64,000 nt of DNA from a virus (taxonomy: Duplodnaviria > Caudoviricetes). The notes beneath the pieces were generated by a model, which was not told the origin of the DNA, ran no database searches, and was given only the letters and a program-made list of their open reading frames with translations. Of the stretch, positions 55,701-63,491 are shown piece after piece. The stretch is from positions 1-64,000 of IMG/VR virus record IMGVR_UViG_3300036805_000137. The stretch is one strand, 5' to 3'. A program made the translations under genes and the position numbers. Numbering within the stretch: position 1 is the stretch's first letter; every line of letters starts with the position of its first letter.

Positions 55701-58228
55701 CTTCACAAGATCAAACGAGTGAAATGTCCGATTCACCTACTCCGTGTACTAAGCAATCAACTTCACCCGCCGTTCACCCTCCTGTGACCGAAACGAGACC
55801 TGATCTTGTGACGGGTTCAAACCCGTCACACAACCCGTCACAAACCCGTCACAAGATCAACATTCCTCCTACCAGTAGTAATACTCTTATTTTTGATCTA
55901 TGTGACGGGTTGACGGGTTTTTCTAGCTATGGAGCTGTCATAAAAAATGAAGATCAATCTTCCTTAATGATCTCTGGGCAAATATATGGGGATATACCCG
56001 AGGTAACCCGTCACCCGTCACAGTCGATCATTTCAGAGGGGGTGACCTCGCGAAACGACTGTGACGGGTCATTTTCCCAACCAGTCACAGAGCCCGCGGC
56101 CAGCCCGGCGCCGGTCGTGACCTGCGAGCCGCTAGCCCAAATGGATGAGGCCAGCGCTACGGCGCGGCTAGTCGAGCTGCGAGCCCAGCGCACCCAGCTC
56201 AATAGGTTGATCAAGAAAACTAACGGGGCAGATCCCCTGCACGGCGTGTACACGTACACGGTGGGCCAGCTGGCCGGCGAGATCAAGCAAGTCGAGGTGA
56301 TGATCCGAGGCCACCGCGCGGCGACCAAGCGAGCGGCAGCGGTAGCGGAAGCCGGCGGTGATCTCCTAGAGCTCCCAGCGATCAAACTGCGGGGCCAGCC
56401 GGCCCGCTCGTGCTCCGTGGATGAGGCTGCCGCTGCGGTGCGAGCCACCATGGCAGCCCGGGCTGGCCGCGTGACGGCCGATATCGAATCCAACGCCTAC
56501 CCGATCGGGCACCCGGACTACGGCGTGCGCACGCTGCAGCTGGGCGATGCGCTCACCGGCACGGACTGGGATGTCACTGACCCGGTGCAGTTCGCCGTGT
56601 GCACCTTGCTCCTGAGCGAGGCAACCGAGATCGAGGCCTACTCCGCATCAGTCGAGATATCCAACCTGGCCTACATCGGCATGATCGATTACCGCAGCGG
56701 CTGGGCGCGAGCTCGCGATGTAGTGATCCAAGCCCAGTTGAACAACCCAGTGGGCACGCTGAGCTCGGACAGCGGCCTAAAACCGCAAGCGGAGCTGCAC
56801 CTGCCGGATCCGGCCAGCCCGGCAGCCGATGCGCGCCGCGCCGCGCTGTTCAAAGCGGGCGGCTGGATCACTGACACCAAGATCAAAAACGCCGGCGGTA
56901 GTGAGGGTGGCGGCTGGGTAGCCCGCGAGCGCTCTGGTTGGGCCAACGCCGACCCCCGGTACCGCACCAGCATTGACTATGCCGTCTCTGACATCCATGA
57001 CACAGCTGCGCTGGGTGAGGCCCTACCGATGCCGGCGCCAGGCGTCTACGCGCGGGAGGTGGCCGTACAGGCGGCTGTAGGGGCAGTTTCCTACGTGGGC
57101 ATCGCGCTCGATCGCAGCCATATCGAGGCCAAGATCGCAGAGCACTCGCCAATGCGCCGCGCCGCTGCGGAGGAACTGGCCGCGATGGGCATCACCAACC
57201 CGGGCAGCAACGATCAGATAGCCGCGGTGTTGATGGCTCACGGCGCCCGGCTGCCCCGGGGGGAAAAATCAGGCAAGCCCGGCGTAGCAGCGGGTGTGCT
57301 GGAAAAACTACCGCGCAATCAGGGTGAGCAATTTACACCCATTGTGGAAGCGATACTACGATTTCGGCATCATCAGCGGATCCTGTCCACCTACCTGCGA
57401 CCCTATTACCTGCTGTGCACCCATGGGGATGGACGGATGCGCAGCACCGTGTACACGCTGCAGGCTGATACCGGCCGCATGTCCTGTGTCCACGAGAATC
57501 TGACCAACATCCCGCGCATCGGCGGAATTCGAGAATCTTATGTCACTGACCCGGGGGATCTGTTCGTAGATGCTGACCTTTCCGGGGTAGAGGTGGCCGT
57601 ACTCGCCGCGCTATCACAGGATCCGGTATTGCTTGAGCTGGTTGCCTCTGGTCGGAAACTGCACAAAATCATTGCTGAAATGGTCTACGGAGCTGGTTAC
57701 TCAGGCGAGGAATACACCTACGTCAAAAATGGTGTGTTCGCCAAACTCTACGGCGCGGGCATCGCGCGCATTGCCGATACGGTCGGTTGCACTGAGCGGG
57801 AAGCTCAGATGATGGTGGATGCGCTCGATGAGCTAGCCCCGCACACCAAGCGATGGGGTTATGATCTGCGCAATAAGGCCAAGGCAGGCATGCAGCGGGT
57901 GCAATTGTATTCCGGCCGGGTGCTGCACCTGCCGTCCGCGACTCCGCACAAGATAGTGAATTACTATGTCCAAGGTACCGCGCGTGAGCTCTTGGTTGAC
58001 GGGTTGCTGAGATGGCGCCAGACAAAGTGGGGCGACTACGGCATCATTGTGCCCGTGCATGATGAGATCCTGGCCACCGTGCCCGCGGTAGAGGCTGACG
58101 AGGCCATGGCTGCGTTGGGCCAGTGCATGGCCTCAGAGCTCTACGGCGTGCGCATCGGCGCCGAACCCAAGTGGATCAATCCCTCTGACCGCTGGCTGTC
58201 CAATGACCACCCACTAGCGAAAGGCTAA
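52709..58228 (+). CDS. Fused primase-polymerase / SF3 helicase / 3'-5' exonuclease / family A DNA polymerase
   Basis: AEP IDID; Walker A GETGRGKT, Walker B AFIDEG, motif C LMLTCN; Exo DIE and YAVSD; TGRMS..NLTNIP, DLSGVE, K...F...YG, VHDE. Confidence 0.88.
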   Translation: MAYGGYASFYVIAGWRCVLPVPVRSKTPPPTGYTGDHGTDVVAPEVLAKWERAHADDSIALRLPAGVICIDIDHYDKPKVLPDGTVTVVAKRGNDTIAEYEAKWGPLPPTWASTARGDPNTGAGPSRTLFYRVPPGRYATTLGDPRNGAVEILQRHHRYCVVWPSINPDANNAQYYWYGPGDLGEQRPPWIDELTLLPNAWVIGLAEGASAASAPAAPMAEGAALLAALLDDDRPPCADITNIALTAADELDHAAAGSRHDIATGRIFQLIRAAAFGHPGAGEVLADLRTRWDALTAGEHRADEFERMASSAACKAVTEVSATGCPVPVAYDPCLMGTVVAPPVPGRPSHTTGPDGELDDASDADVLDIPAPAPPIIWSRRALIGTGAFDPRGHLDQVLAAQALERIQPVLRFATDVGAWAVRGPYSWDMAPGDMADWALTELFDLMPHGDPDSESTEAQDRAARRKRFGQNSGSAGIASKLRALVRASGASSTVRLSDLDADPEIMWAGRLPWALRSCIERPALANLPADTPHLHSAGVAPSGLGIEHPTPAWDAFLAAVWPDPAIRQWALHVVSVALTGYSDAVMPLLWGETGRGKTAFTALVMSVLGSYAIAADPRLLTSAADNAHASIIYALRGVRLAFIDEGPRDAKWAVSKLKQLTGGARLTGNPMRGNPVNFDPSHTLMLTCNPEETPGFQDKALRRRLRLIPCEGEPDAVGRARAAITPAIWRAEAPGVLAKLMHATARWLDDPGVAAQWSAPEAIRFRAEDIANEEDQIRQWIDAEMEPCDHGTRVSDLLIWFIDWLRKVAPRANPPSATLFGRKLTELGYLALHQRDGKHRPLRRRQTNYGPDVPPPSAPGPGQPIHAPLPPMPPLTVIQYDQRNAAPRSTGPSADAAPTTAPDGGSARSSDNPGDLPTPPTETIMSSGAVVPREPTPVAETEPQTRNCAQANETASADPRSPGSDRICEKLGQTDGDGDLAASAELDRRHEQSSKRSSQDQTSEMSDSPTPCTKQSTSPAVHPPVTETRPDLVTGSNPSHNPSQTRHKINIPPTSSNTLIFDLCDGLTGFSSYGAVIKNEDQSSLMISGQIYGDIPEVTRHPSQSIISEGVTSRNDCDGSFSQPVTEPAASPAPVVTCEPLAQMDEASATARLVELRAQRTQLNRLIKKTNGADPLHGVYTYTVGQLAGEIKQVEVMIRGHRAATKRAAAVAEAGGDLLELPAIKLRGQPARSCSVDEAAAAVRATMAARAGRVTADIESNAYPIGHPDYGVRTLQLGDALTGTDWDVTDPVQFAVCTLLLSEATEIEAYSASVEISNLAYIGMIDYRSGWARARDVVIQAQLNNPVGTLSSDSGLKPQAELHLPDPASPAADARRAALFKAGGWITDTKIKNAGGSEGGGWVARERSGWANADPRYRTSIDYAVSDIHDTAALGEALPMPAPGVYAREVAVQAAVGAVSYVGIALDRSHIEAKIAEHSPMRRAAAEELAAMGITNPGSNDQIAAVLMAHGARLPRGEKSGKPGVAAGVLEKLPRNQGEQFTPIVEAILRFRHHQRILSTYLRPYYLLCTHGDGRMRSTVYTLQADTGRMSCVHENLTNIPRIGGIRESYVTDPGDLFVDADLSGVEVAVLAALSQDPVLLELVASGRKLHKIIAEMVYGAGYSGEEYTYVKNGVFAKLYGAGIARIADTVGCTEREAQMMVDALDELAPHTKRWGYDLRNKAKAGMQRVQLYSGRVLHLPSATPHKIVNYYVQGTARELLVDGLLRWRQTKWGDYGIIVPVHDEILATVPAVEADEAMAALGQCMASELYGVRIGAEPKWINPSDRWLSNDHPLAKG
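55801..56089. repeat. Iteron array and AT-rich core, candidate replication origin inside the replicase gene
   Basis: ACCCGTCACA exact at 55807(-), 55821, 55833, 55844, 55901(-), 56013, 56060(-); 8-mers at 55911(-) and 56006; 1-mismatch copy at 56080; 17-bp IR 55801-55817/55843-55859. Confidence 0.8.
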
Positions 58229-58332
58229 AGTAATGGGCAGACGGCGTGCATGGTATTGTGTTATCTGCGGTAAGAGCTGTACTACTCCCGCTAAACTAGA
58301 AGCGCATTACCGAAAAAAGCACGGGTGTTGAT

Positions 58333-58800
58333 ATGACTGTTACTATCCAGCTGTGTGGTGGCCCGGCAGAGGGTTTTACAGTTGAGCTGCGCGAGCGGCC
58401 GATCCAATGGCGGGTACCTGTAGCGCGCCCTTACCCGCGTTTCTGGGAGCTAGACAATGATCCATCCAGACTACTAGAGCCTTTTGATGTGGTTTTGTAC
58501 TTGGATACTAACATACGCACTCAGGAAGGATACATCTTGTATGCCACGGCCGGGTTATTCGAGCAATTGCGTATGGCAGTACGACATCAGGCACGATTCT
58601 TGGCAGATTTAGTCCGTAGTCCTCCTAATCTAGAACCGGGATTGGAGCCGATCACTGCCGAAGCAGCGCCGTTGCGACCGGGATGGTTAGCTAAGGCAGA
58701 GATGTCCGGCAAGTCGGAATACCCGTTTGATGCGATTAAGCGTGAGGACACTGAGCGGCTGATAGCGCAAATTGATGAGGTGACCGATGCTGGCGCTTAA
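58333..58800 (+). CDS. Hypothetical protein
   Basis: IQLCGGPAEG start typical of small phage proteins. Confidence 0.55.
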   Translation: MTVTIQLCGGPAEGFTVELRERPIQWRVPVARPYPRFWELDNDPSRLLEPFDVVLYLDTNIRTQEGYILYATAGLFEQLRMAVRHQARFLADLVRSPPNLEPGLEPITAEAAPLRPGWLAKAEMSGKSEYPFDAIKREDTERLIAQIDEVTDAGA

Positions 58801-59164
58801 CCAGCTGCAGATACTACTGCTCACAGCATCCAACCAGCTCAAAGAGATCAGGCAATCTGCCGGGCTGTCCGCTACGGCTACGCATGGGGAAGTGCTAGAA
58901 TTGATGCGGCTGTTCCGGGATATGCCCCGCGGCGAGTTAGGAGACAAATCAGTAATGGAACCCACTGCATTGCAATTTGTGTTGGTAGAGCATTTGGCTA
59001 ATTCGGCTATGGGTCAGCTCAATGAGATCCGGCAGGTACTGGGTTTACCAACAGATACCTCGCATGCAGCATTGATGAATACGTTACGTGACATGCTACG
59101 CGGTGAGCAGACCGATGCAGCGGAGACGGTACAGCGCCCGGGAAAGGGTGATCCCCGCCACTGA
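58787..59164 (+). CDS. Helical protein with internal duplication
   Basis: QL(K/N)EIRQ..GL....H......R appears twice. Confidence 0.55.
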   Translation: MLALNQLQILLLTASNQLKEIRQSAGLSATATHGEVLELMRLFRDMPRGELGDKSVMEPTALQFVLVEHLANSAMGQLNEIRQVLGLPTDTSHAALMNTLRDMLRGEQTDAAETVQRPGKGDPRH

Positions 59165-59310
59165 GGGGGGTTTCAATGGCGGGGACCGTTGCGGGGTCTA
59201 AGTCGTGCACCGATCGGGGTAGGTGGTCAACCAGAGCTCGCAACACCGATTGTATCCCAGCTTACCGAGAGCTAACCAGTGCGGGCTAGAACTTTACCGT
59301 CTGTTGTGGG

Positions 59311-60036
59311 TTGATTGGCTACGTGCCTGCTCGATGCTGCATCGCATGTACGCGTCCAGCTGGTGACGGCATGACGTTGTGCCAGTTCTGCGGGGATCGG
59401 CTCGCTGACCACCTGATTGCAGTGCCTGATCTGCATCATGAGCTCGCGCTGACCCATGCCCGCTGGGATGTCCTGAGCGTGTCTGCCGGCCGCGGCGGTG
59501 AGCAGGGCCTGCCGTTCGCGAGCGGAGCGACGGAGGCCAGCACGGAGATGGTGGCTGCGGTGGTGCACTGGGCGCAGCAAGTGGCCCGTGCTAGGGCGAG
59601 TATCTGGGAGATCCCCAACACACTGGTTGAGGTGGCGGGCTGGCTGGCCAATCGGCTGGACTGGTTGCGCGCGCTGGTATCCGCGGGGGATGCCTACAGC
59701 CAAATTGACCGGGCAGTGTGTCGAGCTCGCAGTGTGATAGATCTGCCCCCGCACCGCACCCGTTTTCCGGTAGGTCCGTGCCCGGAAATCATCGAGGCCC
59801 GCTACTGCGCTTTTCAGGTAGTGGCCTACGTCCCGGTACGGGTCGGCATTGAGCCGGCGGTGATGCGCTGCCGCAACCCAGACTGCCGCCGGCACCACGA
59901 GCCGTGGCCTACCGAATCCTGGCGCAGCGCGGGCGAGCGGATCAACCGGCTACGGGAACACCTCAAACGCCGGGCGCTCGTTACCCGCACCAGTGGAGAC
60001 TACAAAGGACGCGGCGCGGCTGTCTGGAGTACCTGA
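59311..60036 (+). CDS. Cys-rich hypothetical protein typical of actinophage late-region regulators
   Basis: N-terminal CxxC/CxxC; C-terminal CP...C...C...C. Confidence 0.6.
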   Translation: MIGYVPARCCIACTRPAGDGMTLCQFCGDRLADHLIAVPDLHHELALTHARWDVLSVSAGRGGEQGLPFASGATEASTEMVAAVVHWAQQVARARASIWEIPNTLVEVAGWLANRLDWLRALVSAGDAYSQIDRAVCRARSVIDLPPHRTRFPVGPCPEIIEARYCAFQVVAYVPVRVGIEPAVMRCRNPDCRRHHEPWPTESWRSAGERINRLREHLKRRALVTRTSGDYKGRGAAVWST

Positions 60037-60184
60037 GCGCACCATCCGATCATGGATAGCTGCCGGCCGGCTCACCGCTGCGCAACGCGGCCGGGCCTGG
60101 CTGGTCGATCCCCTAGAAGTCTCTGAGCTCGCCAGCTTGCGTGGCCCGGATGGTCGGCTGCCGCGCACACGCAGGCGGTGCTGA
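59993..60184 (+). CDS. Small MerR/excisionase-like HTH protein
   Basis: TTKDAARLSGVPERTIRSWIAAGRL. Confidence 0.7.
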   Translation: METTKDAARLSGVPERTIRSWIAAGRLTAAQRGRAWLVDPLEVSELASLRGPDGRLPRTRRRC

Positions 60185-60605
60185 CCCCTTGCTACCGGCG
60201 GGTTACTTGCCGCACTATGGCTTTATCGTGCCAGTGTTGTCCCTGGCGCCATCCCAGATGATCACGTAGTGGGCTGTAGTGCCCCTCTGACCTGCGATGT
60301 AACGGGGTGTAGCACGATGGACCCCCGGCTGATACTGCGTACCCAGACATCGCTGGCCCGCGGGACAACCCAGATGATGATCTTAACTGCGCTGTTGGCG
60401 ACTGCCGCGGTGCTCTTGGTAATGATGCTGGTAGGTGCTCTCTACGTACTCTCGATCTTGATTTCGGGCTGAGATTCACTCGAAAGAGTCAAGGGGTGAG
60501 TGGCCACCTGGCCACATATAAGGCGGATGCGCCACGCCGCTAACCAACGGCTCGCGTCTGGCGATACAACCGGCGACCACCCAAAGATCTAGCGAGGGAG
60601 TCGCT

Positions 60606-60779
60606 ATGCAGGTTTCCGAGATTTTCAGCTCAGGCACCCGGGTCACTGGCCGGGGTGACCACGGTGATCATGACCGTGACCAGCACGGGTACGAGCACCG
60701 CCGGCACCGCGGGCACTGGGAGCGCCAGTGGTGTGGCCCGCGCTACGGCTGGCAGTCGCGGTGGTGCGATGACGACTGA
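60606..60779 (+). CDS. 57-aa His/Arg/Trp-rich peptide (below track cutoff)
   Basis: GAGGGAG RBS; MQVSEIFSSG...HGDHDRDQHGYEHRRHRGHWERQWC...WCDDD. Confidence 0.5.
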   Translation: MQVSEIFSSGTRVTGRGDHGDHDRDQHGYEHRRHRGHWERQWCGPRYGWQSRWCDDD

Positions 60780-60874
60780 CCCTCACGCACGGTAGGTGAC
60801 CAGAGCGTAACCCGCTGCCAAGTTGGATCGTTGACAGCGGGTTACTGCCACCTACCGAGGGGAGCATCGATCTC

Positions 60875-61885
60875 GTGCGCCGCGCATGGCTGGCCGGCTC
60901 GCTGCCGGGTACAACTGCAGAGGAATCAATCGATCTGGCCCTTTCCACTCTGGGGCCTTATCTTTTGTTCCTCCCCTGCCCATTTACCGGGAGACCGAAC
61001 TGGGCGGCTAGTGTTACTGAGGAACTGGCGAAACAAACCGATCTGTTCTCGATTGTACGCCAGGGCACAAACACGGATTACAATGACCTGACCGTGCTCG
61101 CACCTAGAGGCGATTTGAGTAATCTCGATCTAGGTTACTATGATATCTACCGCGCCGAAAGCGAGATAGCACAGCGGTTGATCAAATCCTATGGTGTGGC
61201 GCTGACAACTCAGGTAGGTATTGCCAGTCCGTTTGACCAATCCATGATTACCGTGGGTCCGGGCCGGCATCTGCGACATTACAAATCATTTATTAGAGCC
61301 ACCGTGCGTGACGTCATGAAGATCTATACGCATGATGAAAGCGTGGTGTTCTCGATCGAGGCACCCTACGAGCTCATCGGTGCACTGAAATCCCCTGGCA
61401 TGGCACGCTCACTGGTCATCCGCAAAATGGTTGCCCACGTGGTTGATTTCGTCAAACAGTGCCCGCAAGGTATGCGCATCGGTATTCACCCGTGCTTGGG
61501 CGATCTCAACCACAAGTCCAAGGCGAATCTGTCGCAACTGGCGCCGTTGGTGGATTGGGTCAATGAGCTCTGTGACACCTGGCCGCGGGGGTATACCCTG
61601 GCCTACGTGCATTTGCCGCTGTGTGAGGGCGCCCGGCCGCCAGTTGTTGACCCGGGCTGGTACACCGATCTGAAACGGCTACGCGTGCCAGCGGGTGTGC
61701 GGGTGGTGCTGGGATGCTGCCACGAGCACGTCACTACCAATCAGTTGCGGCCGATTGTAGGGCTAGCTGACAGCCTCCTGGCCCGCACGGTGGACGTGGG
61801 GGCATCATGCGGCCTGGCCCGCGGGCGCTCCATGGATGACGTGTACACGGTGCTGCACCAGCAAGCGGAGCTGTGCCATGGCTGA
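60875..61885 (+). CDS. Cobalamin-independent methionine synthase catalytic-domain-like (MetE/UROD superfamily) protein
   Basis: IGIHPCLGD (HxC), YVHLPL, GASCGL (distal Cys); TQVGIASP. Confidence 0.6.
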   Translation: MRRAWLAGSLPGTTAEESIDLALSTLGPYLLFLPCPFTGRPNWAASVTEELAKQTDLFSIVRQGTNTDYNDLTVLAPRGDLSNLDLGYYDIYRAESEIAQRLIKSYGVALTTQVGIASPFDQSMITVGPGRHLRHYKSFIRATVRDVMKIYTHDESVVFSIEAPYELIGALKSPGMARSLVIRKMVAHVVDFVKQCPQGMRIGIHPCLGDLNHKSKANLSQLAPLVDWVNELCDTWPRGYTLAYVHLPLCEGARPPVVDPGWYTDLKRLRVPAGVRVVLGCCHEHVTTNQLRPIVGLADSLLARTVDVGASCGLARGRSMDDVYTVLHQQAELCHG

Positions 61886-62090
61886 TCATCCTGTAGGAAA
61901 AACAACGCGCCAGGCGCGAATGAGCCCTGATGGTTTCGTGGCCCAACACTTCCCCGAATGCAATTTCAACGATCAGGGCCACTGGATACTCACGTACTGG
62001 ACAGCTGACAGCGGATTGACGGTGCAAGTATTTTCGGACGAACAGGTAGCCGACTGGTTGCCATTATCACTGACGGCAAGGGAAGAGTAA
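61878..62090 (+). CDS. Small hypothetical protein
   Basis: GGAG RBS; coupled to neighbours. Confidence 0.5.
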   Translation: MADHPVGKTTRQARMSPDGFVAQHFPECNFNDQGHWILTYWTADSGLTVQVFSDEQVADWLPLSLTAREE

Positions 62091-62416
62091 TGGCTATGCG
62101 TGTATCGATTGATGGCAGCTTTAACGGCCAGCACACGTTAGCGGACCTCTATGACTTCTTAGCCACCTGTGAGCGCGTGGGAATGCCCCGTGATGCCAAG
62201 CTGTCTGCCAAGACAAAAATTCTTGGTACCGGCCCGCTGAAAACGGTCACCGCGGTTTGGGATACCAGCGCACCCAGCGCAGCGCTGCCGGTACAACCGC
62301 AGTCCAGTGCCAGCGATAAGCCCTACATCCCGGGCCTGGCTGAGGACACGCACCCGACCACACCCATGGTTGCTGTGCCCCCGCCAGTGGGGCCGCCAGA
62401 CACCACCACGGCCTAG
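62090..62416 (+). CDS. Hypothetical protein
   Basis: TAATG coupling; Pro-rich tail. Confidence 0.55.
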   Translation: MAMRVSIDGSFNGQHTLADLYDFLATCERVGMPRDAKLSAKTKILGTGPLKTVTAVWDTSAPSAALPVQPQSSASDKPYIPGLAEDTHPTTPMVAVPPPVGPPDTTTA

Positions 62417-62703
62417 CTGGGGATCCAACGGACCACGAGCTCAGTACCGTTGGCGGTCGCCCAGCTCTCCGCTGCACCCTGACGAACGTAGGTGCGCTTA
62501 GCGTCTGTCACGGGGTAGCGGCCGGTACCCGTCCACGTGAACACGCCCCACAGACCGTGGTCTGTGTAGACCTTGCCTCCGCAGTGGCGGCATTTGCCTG
62601 TTGCTGGGCCTTTGCCATCACCCTTGGTGCACCGTGGCGAGATATCCAGTGAGCAAAAGTGCCGGGTGGCGGTGCGGGTGGCGGCTTGCGCGGCTGCGGT
62701 CAT
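62413..62703 (-). CDS. Small Cys-containing protein, probably leaderless
   Basis: ATG 6 nt after the -10 box of the adjacent promoter; CRHCGG. Confidence 0.6.
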   Translation of the reverse strand: MTAAAQAATRTATRHFCSLDISPRCTKGDGKGPATGKCRHCGGKVYTDHGLWGVFTWTGTGRYPVTDAKRTYVRQGAAESWATANGTELVVRWIPS

Positions 62704-62709
62704 GATCTA

Positions 62710-62738
62710 AGGATATGCCCGCACGCGTACCATGTCAA
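62710..62738 (-). promoter_or_regulatory. SigA-like promoter
   Basis: TTGACA-17bp-TATCCT. Confidence 0.65.
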
Positions 62739-63151
62739 GGCTTTATGTCAGGTATGAGGGGGTGATCTGGGTGCTCGCTATCGGGCGCGTGTTCAGCCCT
62801 ACCGCCGGCCACAAGGGATCCGCTTACCGGCGGGCGCGCGCTGCTTGCCTGGCTGCCGGTGAGGCCGGCGGTACACCCTGCTACGGCTGCCGCCAACCGA
62901 TCAACTACGCGTTGGGCAGGATCGCGCCGCGGCACCGGATGGCCCCGACCGCGCACCACATCACAGAGCTGTGGATGGGCGGTCACCCGCTCGATCCGGC
63001 CAACCTCGCGCCGTGCCACTACGGCTGCAACGCCCGGCTGTCCAATCAGCTGCGCCGCGCCGTGCGCCGCGGTGTCCGGCAGAACACTGCAACTGGCCTA
63101 ACGGGCATTGCCGCTGCACTATCGGACCCGATCACCTCGCGGCAGTGGTGA
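62732..63151 (+). CDS. Packaging-type HNH endonuclease
   Basis: YRRAR...CYGC..PI...TAHH...GG...NL.PCHYGCN; start may be ~62762. Confidence 0.8.
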   Translation: MSRLYVRYEGVIWVLAIGRVFSPTAGHKGSAYRRARAACLAAGEAGGTPCYGCRQPINYALGRIAPRHRMAPTAHHITELWMGGHPLDPANLAPCHYGCNARLSNQLRRAVRRGVRQNTATGLTGIAAALSDPITSRQW

Positions 63152-63174
63152 TCACTCTAAAAAGGCGGTGAGCT

Positions 63175-63480
63175 ATGCCGTACTCGATCAGCCAAGGTGG
63201 CGGCACGTGCGGGGATAGTCAGTGGGCTGTCCTCGCGGAAGGTGGCGCCACGATGGGCTGTCACGCCACCAAGAGTGAGGCTCAACAGCAACTGGCAGCC
63301 CTCTACGCCAATGACGCGGATGAGGCCAGCGGGCAGACCACCGCGGCCGATGAGACCCCGCACGCGCCGCGTGGGCGCATGATGGGCTTGCGCCATGTCG
63401 CTGCAGAGCACACTGACCCGCACATCGCGGTTGCTCCACCGCCGGCCACCCGCGACCACCGCAGCCCGTACCACGGATAG
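63175..63480 (+). CDS. Hypothetical protein typical of head-module entry
   Basis: GCHATKSEAQQQLAALYA motif. Confidence 0.55.
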   Translation: MPYSISQGGGTCGDSQWAVLAEGGATMGCHATKSEAQQQLAALYANDADEASGQTTAADETPHAPRGRMMGLRHVAAEHTDPHIAVAPPPATRDHRSPYHG

Positions 63481-63491
63481 GATCTAAGGCC

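Noticed and set aside
55260-56130. Intein in the replicase linker
   Set aside because: No Cys/Ser-start block, His-Asn-Cys/Ser/Thr end or LAGLIDADG motifs; the segment is low-complexity and iteron-derived
50273-58228. 2-aminoadenine (Z-genome) pathway
   Set aside because: MazG-like, DUF4406 and PolA genes are present, but no purZ or datZ homolog is recognisable in the window
60494-60582. tRNA gene
   Set aside because: Lacks the GTTC T-loop, D-loop GG and a proper anticodon arm; kept only as a weak structured-RNA candidate
3938-61852. Recurrent palindrome CGTGTACACG
   Set aside because: Most copies are in coding sequence as Val-Tyr-Thr codons, so there is no evidence of a regulatory role
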